A stretch of 64,000 bases of DNA, taken from the NCBI GenBank assembly GCA_965657355.1, contig CBFHOE010000002.1, positions 32,001 to 96,000 of the forward strand. Reading direction: 5' to 3'. The position numbers were made by a program, and so were the translations under genes. Under the pieces are notes generated by a model. The model was not told where the DNA came from. It did not search any database and saw only the letters and a list, made by a program, of their open reading frames with translations. Below, in pieces: positions 21,739-30,500 of the stretch; within the stretch, counting starts at the first letter, position 1; each line of letters opens with the position of its first letter. The DNA comes from Limisphaerales bacterium (lineage in GTDB: Bacteria; Verrucomicrobiota; Verrucomicrobiia; Limisphaerales; JAJOIW01).

Positions 21739-22944
21739 ATGAAAGGTAAATCACCAAATGATATGACGAATATATTATTCGTATTGAAAGATAGATCGCA
21801 AGGGAATGGATACAGGAGAAACATTCCTGCCATTAACAGCTCTTGGTCGGTTAACATAACGGATAACACAAAAGATGCCGTCGATTTTGTTCGTGGGAAT
21901 GACATTGATGTCATTGTCTGTGATGAAGAAGTGTCCGATAACAAGGGTTTAGATGTCATCAGTTCATGCAGCCATGAAAAGCCTGGGGTTCTCAGTTTTT
22001 TAAGAAAAAGTGGAGGTCCCAGCAAAGAAGAATCGATTGCGCTCTCAGAGAAAAAGATATTTGTTCTTCCTCACAACCTTGAAGAAGAAGGAATTTGCTC
22101 GCACATCTCGAGAAGAATATTGATGAAGAGTTTGTCAGGAAATCCAAATCTTCTAAGCGTCATTCGCAAGATGAAAAAGATGCCGACCATCCCGCAACTC
22201 TACCATCAAATTACCAGAGAACTGAGAAAAGAAGATGGGTCTATTGAGTTTGTCGCCGGATTGATCTCAAAAGAACCCTCAATGGCAACAAGAATTTTGA
22301 AAGCGGTAAATTCGCCTGCCTATGTTCTGGGCTATGAGATTACTGAGGTTGTGCATGCCCTCTTGTTTTTGGGTAAAGAAGCAACTCAAGCTCAGATTTT
22401 AGCTGATTCGATTTTCACTTCTTATCCAAATCAATCAATAGCTGGCTTGAATCTTCAGAACGTTTGGAAACACAGCATTAATGTTTCAGCTATCGCAAGA
22501 AGAATTTCAATGTCTATCGACTCAAACAAAAAGTCGGCGGAGATTGCTTGCACAGCTGGAGTCATTCACGATTTGGGAAAAGTGCTGATGGCAACAAATT
22601 TACCGGACCTCTACCTAAAGGCGGTTAATTACGCTGAATCAGAAAATGTTCCATTAGTTGAGGCGGAAGAAAAGGTTTTTGGTACAAATCATGCCGAGGT
22701 TGCAGCTTCACTCATGGGTCTTTGGTCTATTCCATTCAAGATACTCAGTTCTGTTGCTTATCATCATAATCCGACTGGGACAATGAGGAAACCGCCAACA
22801 TCAGCAATGGCACTTTACATTGCAGATGGTTTTGAAAATGCTAAGTCTAAAAATAGTTTTGGCCAAAAAGTAGATGAAAACATAATTGAAGACTGGGGCT
22901 TAACCGATCAATTTAAAGGTTGGGCAGAAGAATTCACAAATTAG
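21739..22944 (+). CDS. HDOD domain protein with a degenerate N-terminal receiver-like domain
   Basis: MPTIPQLY, ILKAVNS, VWKHS, GVIHDLGK, GTNHAEV, VAYHHNP; N-terminal IDVIVCDE. Confidence 0.88.
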   Translation: MKGKSPNDMTNILFVLKDRSQGNGYRRNIPAINSSWSVNITDNTKDAVDFVRGNDIDVIVCDEEVSDNKGLDVISSCSHEKPGVLSFLRKSGGPSKEESIALSEKKIFVLPHNLEEEGICSHISRRILMKSLSGNPNLLSVIRKMKKMPTIPQLYHQITRELRKEDGSIEFVAGLISKEPSMATRILKAVNSPAYVLGYEITEVVHALLFLGKEATQAQILADSIFTSYPNQSIAGLNLQNVWKHSINVSAIARRISMSIDSNKKSAEIACTAGVIHDLGKVLMATNLPDLYLKAVNYAESENVPLVEAEEKVFGTNHAEVAASLMGLWSIPFKILSSVAYHHNPTGTMRKPPTSAMALYIADGFENAKSKNSFGQKVDENIIEDWGLTDQFKGWAEEFTN

Positions 22945-22966
22945 CAACCAGTAAAATTTCATGAAT

Positions 22967-22998
22967 AACCCTCAGTTCTATTGAACTTGAGGGTTTTT
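22967..22998 (+). terminator. Intrinsic terminator after the HDOD gene
   Basis: AACCCTCA-GTTC-tatt-GAAC-t-TGAGGGTT followed by TTT. Confidence 0.7.
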
Positions 22999-23045
22999 AC
23001 TTTTAAAGCCTGGGTTATTGATTAGATCGAGCTGTTTTCTTATAA

Positions 23046-23777
23046 TTGAGAGCTGAAAATGATAGGAAGATGGATGTAGAGGTTTACCAAATGGGAAATG
23101 ATTGCGTGCCCATTCGATTTACACGCTCGAACCTCTCAAAGATTTCAAACTATACTCTCACAATGGAACCCGATGGCCGGGTTAGGGTTTGCCTTCCTAG
23201 AGATGGGAATGAAAAAGTTGCTCGTTTATTTATTGCTCAAAATCATCAGTGGATCCAAAACCAAAGAGATTTAATAGCCAAAGCATGTAAGCTTGATGAG
23301 GACTGGGAGGAAGGAACCCGTGTAATGTATTTCGGCGATTGGGTCACAATAAAAAGAGTAAAAACTGAGCCAGTTATTCATTTAGGAAACATCGTAATTC
23401 AGCCTGCAACTTCCCGAGTTGGGCTAAAGGCTCAAGTTTTAGATTTTCTCCAGTCACAAGCGAGTGCTTTCCTGCCAAAAAGGATCGAAGAGTTATCCTC
23501 CAAATGGGAGCTTCCATTTAATAAAGTCTTTATTAAAAACCAGAAAAGGAGTTGGGGGACGTGCTCAAGAAAGAAAAACATTTCACTTAACTGGCGATTA
23601 ATTCAATGTCCAGATTGGGTATGCGATTACGTCATTCTCCATGAGCTTCTGCACACTAAGCAAATGAACCACTCCTTGGAGTATTGGAAAAACCTCAAAC
23701 GCTTGTGTAGTCATGTCAGACAAGCTGAGGAATGGTTAAAGAACCATGCATTCATTCTTTTGAGTAACTACCAATAG
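23046..23777 (+). CDS. YgjP/DUF45-like zinc metallohydrolase
   Basis: NQKRSWGTCS, ISLNWRL, DYVILHELLH (HExxH), NHSLEYW. Start may be ATG 23070. Confidence 0.88.
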   Translation: MRAENDRKMDVEVYQMGNDCVPIRFTRSNLSKISNYTLTMEPDGRVRVCLPRDGNEKVARLFIAQNHQWIQNQRDLIAKACKLDEDWEEGTRVMYFGDWVTIKRVKTEPVIHLGNIVIQPATSRVGLKAQVLDFLQSQASAFLPKRIEELSSKWELPFNKVFIKNQKRSWGTCSRKKNISLNWRLIQCPDWVCDYVILHELLHTKQMNHSLEYWKNLKRLCSHVRQAEEWLKNHAFILLSNYQ

Positions 23778-23804
23778 CATGGAAAGATCACCAACGAACC
23801 ATAG

Positions 23805-25928
23805 TTAAAAACGAAATGTCGCCTCTATTTTTAGAGTGGCGTCATACGAGGCCGATCTGAAACGGTCAAAGGTATCCCGATTAAAAGAATGATTATAGAC
23901 GAGAAAGACTTTATTACCGGGCTTGTATTCCCAGACGACTCGGCTATTGTAACCAAGATTTTCAGAAACGCTGTCGTATTGAAATATATGATTCCAATAT
24001 AAATCTCTTGTAAAGTTGATACCAATTTTCGAGCTTACAGTGTGAACATCTAGTTTTTGATTTGGGAATCGAAATCTATTTATTGAATAGTCAAAGCCGA
24101 AACCCAAATGCTTCCAGGCACGGACATTGATTTCATTACCAATACCATCTCTTTGGCCGTTGTAGTATTCACCGTAACGTAAAGAAGTCTCTCCTGAAAC
24201 TGTTCTCCGTGACGCGTAGTCAACCTCCATTGCATAATTTGTCCACCAATACTCGTCAGGGGTGATAGTGACGGTGTCCCCGATAGTGAAAGCATTAGAA
24301 ACACGGTCATATTCTCTGTTGACCATAAACCAAAATCTATCTCCGGATTCAAAATTAAGACTTAATGGAAAGAGCGCGTGCTCCATCGACTCCATGTCAT
24401 AATCAGGGGTGAGGAAGAATTCGTTCCTGTAAGTGTGTCTCAATTGTCTGAGCCAATCAATGGTCTCGGGCCTCGGACGATAACTCCAATAGCTGGAGAG
24501 CGCATTGACTCCTGTTCTTCTGGTAAACCCCATACCGGGATTAAACGAATCCCCGATCGACATTGCCTTAATGTTCATACTGTACTTGTCATTCGGATAG
24601 GAAAGGCTTCCGCCATAAGCGAAATCAAGAGGGTCTGCATACCTCGAAGAATCTGAGTGCGTGCCCAAGCCAAAGGCGTTCAATTCAAAAGTCTGACCAC
24701 CAAAAACCTGGGTGTTTCTGTATGTAAAATCTGGCCCTGCTAGGAGATTACTTGAGTCGGGTTGGTTAGAATCACCGATGGTTGTTATGAAACCTAAATT
24801 TGACTGATCAAACACCTGCCTTGAGCCTCGCATGACAAAGAGGTTTTGAGATCCATCTCCATTGGGCTTCTGAACCAAAGCATCGGTGATCGCTAAATTA
24901 TATGGCCCAACCGTTCCATTCATTTTGAAAGCAAAATCAATCGGTAGGACATTACCTCCTGAATCCAAACCAATACGTCGTGAAAAATAAGGAACTAAAA
25001 GGCTACGTAGACCGGGAAAACTTGATGCCCCCCTGTTGAGTGCTCCCAATTCATAGGATGTTGAGTCTTCTAGAAAAAAGTCACGCCTTTCGGGGAAAAA
25101 AAGAGGGAAACGGCTAACATTCACTATGCGATCATCTATCTCTGTCTCAGCAAAATCGATATTGTATGCAAGTCTCCCCCATATTTGAGGGGTAATTTCA
25201 TAGCGCACGTCCCCCCCTCCTCGCAGTTCAAATTCAGTGGCTGAATTTACAGGTTTTTTCACCTGAGAAATGACATAAGGCTTGATCTGTATACCAACGC
25301 CATTTTTTTTAACATTCATCTGAGTTAAATCTCCCATTTCAGAAGCAAAGTAGGTTCTAAAGTTGGGTCTGAACCCCGTCCACCTACCCATTTCATTTTT
25401 TCTTCTAATGGTTCGATTAATGTTAAATCCCCAGGTCTGGTTGTTTGGATCGAAAGATAGAGTTTTGAATGGGATGACGACCTCTGCATACCATCCTTTG
25501 GAATCTCTAGAAGTTTTGACATTCCAGATGCCATCCCAAAGGGAATTGAAAGTTGTGTTATTAGAGAAAATACCATCATAACGAGCGCCATTGGGATTGA
25601 CTGAAAAAGCAAAACCATTTCTTTGGTCGTGGAATGTATCAAAAGCAAAATAAATATAGTCGTCTGCAAATATACCGGTCCCGTTTTGCAGATTTCTTGC
25701 AAGAATACCTCTAGGATTACTATCGAAGCACCACACCCCGAGATATAAGTTGTGATGGTCATAAACGATTTTAAAAACCGTTTTTTCGGTCATATTTGCC
25801 CCGATTTTTGGTTCGTATTGGTAGAGGTCTCCCCCAGCAATTGCCTCCTCCCAAACTAAATCAGTCAGTTTGCCGTCAACTTTTGGACCGACATCACTGA
25901 AGTGCGCAGCAACAGATCTACCGGTCAT
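23805..25928 (-). CDS. DUF5916/CBM9-like domain outer-membrane protein; true start probably upstream (see findings)
   Basis: [67 protein letters not shown]-terminal Phe (ATFRF) typical of beta-barrels. Confidence 0.85.
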   Translation of the reverse strand: MTGRSVAAHFSDVGPKVDGKLTDLVWEEAIAGGDLYQYEPKIGANMTEKTVFKIVYDHHNLYLGVWCFDSNPRGILARNLQNGTGIFADDYIYFAFDTFHDQRNGFAFSVNPNGARYDGIFSNNTTFNSLWDGIWNVKTSRDSKGWYAEVVIPFKTLSFDPNNQTWGFNINRTIRRKNEMGRWTGFRPNFRTYFASEMGDLTQMNVKKNGVGIQIKPYVISQVKKPVNSATEFELRGGGDVRYEITPQIWGRLAYNIDFAETEIDDRIVNVSRFPLFFPERRDFFLEDSTSYELGALNRGASSFPGLRSLLVPYFSRRIGLDSGGNVLPIDFAFKMNGTVGPYNLAITDALVQKPNGDGSQNLFVMRGSRQVFDQSNLGFITTIGDSNQPDSSNLLAGPDFTYRNTQVFGGQTFELNAFGLGTHSDSSRYADPLDFAYGGSLSYPNDKYSMNIKAMSIGDSFNPGMGFTRRTGVNALSSYWSYRPRPETIDWLRQLRHTYRNEFFLTPDYDMESMEHALFPLSLNFESGDRFWFMVNREYDRVSNAFTIGDTVTITPDEYWWTNYAMEVDYASRRTVSGETSLRYGEYYNGQRDGIGNEINVRAWKHLGFGFDYSINRFRFPNQKLDVHTVSSKIGINFTRDLYWNHIFQYDSVSENLGYNSRVVWEYKPGNKVFLVYNHSFNRDTFDRFRSASYDATLKIEATFRF

Positions 25929-26310
25929 ATATTTAAGATTTTTTAAGGGGACTTGTTGATTGGCCTGTTGAGCAAAAACGAAAGAAGGAATAAAGAAAAA
26001 GAAAGCGCCGCCAATAACGAGTACTAAGAGCGGCTCTATCTTAACGTTAATTAAGTTGATTAAAATTTTCAGAATTCTTTCCAGTATGATGGATTATTAA
26101 GAACAAATTTCATACGAGAATGCAATACATTGCGCTTGGACAAAAGGTAAGCGGTGGGATCTCTTTTAATAATCGGCCAAAACGTGCAAATAGGACAAAT
26201 CATAAGCTTATCAAAAATATTTCTCGGTTCTTTGATTGAAATATGAGGGTTGGAAAACTATTTTATAAATCCAGGGTTATTGATCGAAAATTATTTATAA
26301 AAACTCAAAA

Positions 26311-27429
26311 ATGAAGAAATTCAGAAAAGTCTCCACCAGACTGAGATTTAACCCGTTCCTTGCCGCCACGCTTCTTTTCACGCTGTTTTTCAGTGGCTTA
26401 AAAGCTAATGAGGAGCGCGTCATCGTATATGACAACATTTTCAATACCTCTGGGGAATATTTCTCGATGGAAACCGAGTTTGGTGATGAGGTGATATTGG
26501 CCGGATCAGCCCGAATTTTTAGGTCTTTCGAATTGGAGTATTTTGCTGAGTTCACTCAAGACAATGATCATAAAGTCATCGTAAGATTTTACCTCAATGA
26601 TGGCCCCGAGGTTGCTCCCGGCGCGAAGGCTCCCGGCACGCTGCTTTTGCAGACCGAGGCTTATAATTTAGCTCCTGGGAGGAATACTATAAGTTTCGAA
26701 GCCAGCGATCTATCATTTGATCAGGACCTGATCTTGCCTAATGTTTTCACCTGGACAATTGAAACTCAAGGCTTTGACAACACCAATGATAGTTTCGGAA
26801 TACTCTTAAGTGACCCGGTCTATATTGGTAATTCCTTCCGGGATTTCTGGAATGTAGAGGCAGAAAACGGGGAATTCGGCCCACGCATCTTTAGTGATCG
26901 CAGAACCGCTGCCAACTTTTCTCAGAGAATATATGCCTCCGGAGGTAAAGCCGGAGAGCCCAATGACCAAATAGAAGAAAAACCATTTGTTTTCCAAATC
27001 ATCGATTTCGATCAGGAATCCAGCAATTGGTCCTTCTTAGTTGATGGAACCGAGAATACTCGATTTTCGCTTGAATTTTCGCCAGATCTCAATGATTGGG
27101 TGCCAATAATTAGTCTGCGAACACAAAAAGAACCGACGCCACTCACACTCAAACAGCCCATAGAAGGTCAATCCATATTTTTTAGAACCCTCTATAGCGA
27201 TCCCCAATTAGAAGATTTCATAGTCGATAGAACAAATATCACCGACGGAGAAGTAGACCTGAAAGTCCTGGGCGACGTTGGACTCAATATTAGGATTGAA
27301 TGGACGAGTGATTTTAGTGAATGGCGGCCACTTGTTAAACTCACCGTTGGCAACCAAAAGGCCTCATACCTTCACAAGCTTCCAAACGGAATCGAAAATG
27401 CTTTTTATCGCGTGATAGTACTTCCTTGA
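26311..27429 (+). CDS. Secreted hypothetical protein with two tandem C-terminal 'S-x-D-L-x-x-W...F-Y-R' modules
   Basis: Signal peptide; C-terminal repeats FSPDLNDW...FFRT and WTSDFSEW...FYRV. Confidence 0.8.
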   Translation: MKKFRKVSTRLRFNPFLAATLLFTLFFSGLKANEERVIVYDNIFNTSGEYFSMETEFGDEVILAGSARIFRSFELEYFAEFTQDNDHKVIVRFYLNDGPEVAPGAKAPGTLLLQTEAYNLAPGRNTISFEASDLSFDQDLILPNVFTWTIETQGFDNTNDSFGILLSDPVYIGNSFRDFWNVEAENGEFGPRIFSDRRTAANFSQRIYASGGKAGEPNDQIEEKPFVFQIIDFDQESSNWSFLVDGTENTRFSLEFSPDLNDWVPIISLRTQKEPTPLTLKQPIEGQSIFFRTLYSDPQLEDFIVDRTNITDGEVDLKVLGDVGLNIRIEWTSDFSEWRPLVKLTVGNQKASYLHKLPNGIENAFYRVIVLP

Positions 27430-27577
27430 TAGACTTTTGTTGCTCATCAAGCCCAAATCCCCAAATATTCAAGCCTTGCACCACAGCCTCGAGGGGCTAT
27501 AATTTATCCAACAGCCCCAGCATACCTAAAAACCGACAATTTTTCTCACTAAAATTACTGGTGGCTGCCCTGATCTC

Positions 27578-30500
27578 ATGAGAATTATAAATTACTTTTT
27601 CGGAAAACCTTCCACCAGCTTCAGCAATTTATTGCGGACTCTTTTAATCTTATTTTGTGCCACTGGTGTCGGAGAGGAATCTCAGACAAATTCAGGTCAG
27701 AAAGTCAGTTTTTACAGCCAAATAAAGCCCATTTTCCAGCGAGAGTGCATTGGATGCCACCAACCAGCTAAAAAAAAGGGAGATTATGTCATGACGGATT
27801 TCGTATCCCTTTTGCAGGGCGGGGAAAGTGATGAGAATGCCATTATCCCGGGAAATGCGCCAAAAAGTCTACTTCTAGAGGTGATTTCCCCGATTGATGG
27901 AGAAGCTGAAATGCCCCCAGATGGTGATGCTTTGAGTCAATTTGAAATCGAGCTTATTGCGAAATGGATCAATGAAGGGGCCAAAGACGACAGCCCGGCC
28001 AATTCAAAAATCAGTTTCTCCACTGAGAACCCGCCCATATACAATGGTCAACCAGCAATCACTTCGTTGAAATTTTCCCCGGATGGACAACAAATCGCTG
28101 TTGCGGGGTATCATGAAATACTCCTCATCTCAGCAAAAACCGGTGAAATCCAAAAAAGACTCATAGGGGAGAGCCCAAGGATTCAATCCATTGCATGGTC
28201 ACCCGATGGATCAAAAATTGCAATGGCAGGCGGATCGCCAGGCAGGGCGGGAGAGATTCAGGTCTGGGACATCTCAAAGTCCAAGCTACTGCTCTCTCAT
28301 TTCTCAACTTATGATACCTTGATGGGCGTAAGCTGGTCACCCGATGGGACAAAGGTGGCTTTCGGAGGAACTGACAATGTTGTCAGGGCAATTTCCGTTC
28401 CGAAAGGAGAGGAAATTCTTTATCAAGGTTCTCATGATGATTGGCCGCTGGACACAACATTTTCGACTGACGGTGATTATGTCATCTCTGTGGGCCGAGA
28501 CATGACAGCAAAACTGACTCATCTGGATACACAAAGATTTATTGATAATATTACCTCGATAACCCCGGGAGCCCTTAAAGGAGGCATCAACTCCGTCATG
28601 GCACACCCCAAAGGTGAGTTCATCATATTCGGTGGAGCAGATGGAACTCCGAAAATATATAGGTATCAAAGAAAAACAAAGAGAGAGATTGGCGATGACG
28701 CCAATCAAATCTTAGTACTCCCGAACCAACCGGGCCGGATATTCGGAGTCGACAGTAATGCCGAAGGTACGATTGTCGCTTCGGTCAGCTCGTATAAAGG
28801 AGACGGTTTTTTATCCGTATCAAAGGTCACTTCGAATCTCACTCCCCCTGAAGACATAAGGAAAATCTTGGTCACTCCGACTCATAGAAGGAATGGAGAC
28901 CAAAAAAATAAATTGGCCGCATATTTTAAAAACAATGCATCTGTCATTTATAAGAAAGAATTTCCCGGAACTCCGTTATTTAGCGTGAGCCTCGATCCGA
29001 ATGAAAACAAGGTAGCCGCTTCAGGTAAAGGTGGGATTGTAACAATAGTAGATTTAGACACCTCGAAAATAGTCCAAGAACATGAAATTATTCCGGAGAT
29101 CTCAGAGGTCGCTCAAGTAAAAAATAAAGAGGAATACTCAGCATCAAAAAATTGGATTTTACCTAACGAGCGACCAGAGGAACTCCCATTTCAAACATTA
29201 CCCAAAGATAAAAAAATTGCTTCCTTAGAAGTCAACCCAAGCCAGATTAATATTTCAGAATCTTCTGGCTACAGTCAGCTTACCATCACCGGCTTCACGC
29301 CCGAGGGCGAAATGTGGGATCTCTCCCGAATGGTTAAATATGAATTTGAGAATAAAAGCATCGATGTCTCGCTGACTGGATTTGTCAGTCCGGTGGCTAA
29401 CGGAGAATCATCTATCGAGATAAGTATCGGAGATATCCGTAAGGTTATACCTGTAAGCGTCAGTGGAATTGATTCTCAATTTCGCCCTGACTGGAGCCTC
29501 CACGTCAACCCAGTTCTTTCACGACTCGGTTGTAATTCAGGCACATGCCATGGAGCCAAGGACGGCAAGAACGGGTTTAAGCTCTCTTTGCGAGGATACG
29601 ACCCAGTCATGGATATAATGAGTCTCACAGATGACATAGCTAGTCGCAGGGTCAATTTTGCAGCCCCGACTCAGAGTTTGATGCTTTTGAAATCTTCGTC
29701 AGAAATACCCCACGAAGGGGGCCAGTTGGTTAACCCAGCACATGACTATTATAAGATTCTAGAAAACTGGATACTAGATGGTGGAGATGTCTCCCCTACC
29801 CCTGATAAGAAGGTTTCAGAGCTGAGAATTTATCCTACGAACCCAGTTATTCAGAAGGAGGGTTTTTTCCAGCAGATGCAAGTCATTGCCGTATATCCGG
29901 ATGGCAAACAAAGAGACGTCACAAGGGAATCTTTTGTTGAGAGTGGTAACACAGAAGTCGCCCAAGCAGCAAAAGGCTGGCCTGGCTTAGTTAGAGCTTC
30001 ACGGCGTGGAGAAGCACCTCTTCTTGTCCGTTATGAGGGGGCCTACGCATCCACCATATTAACAGTCATGGGGGATAGATCCGAATTCGTTTGGAATGAG
30101 CCAGAATACAATAGTTCCATTGACAAGCTCGTAGCAGAAAAGTGGAAAAGAATGAAAATCCACCCGTCTGGTCTATCAGACGACTACACTTTTGTAAGAA
30201 GGCTTTATTTGGATCTCACTGGTCTTCCGCCTACATCTGACCAAGTGGATACTTTCATTCAGTCGCCTTTGCCGAACGAGCAAAAAAGAAATAACCTCAT
30301 AGACCAATTGCTTCACAGCGAGGCTTATGTAGATCATTGGGCAAATAAGTGGGCAGACTTACTCCAAGTCAATAGTAAGTTCCTCGGAAAAGAAGGCACA
30401 CAAATCTTTAGGAAATGGATTCGCAATGAAGTGGCCCAAAACACCCCATACGATAAATTTGTTTCCAAAATAATAACAGCAAACGGCTCAAACAAAGCAA

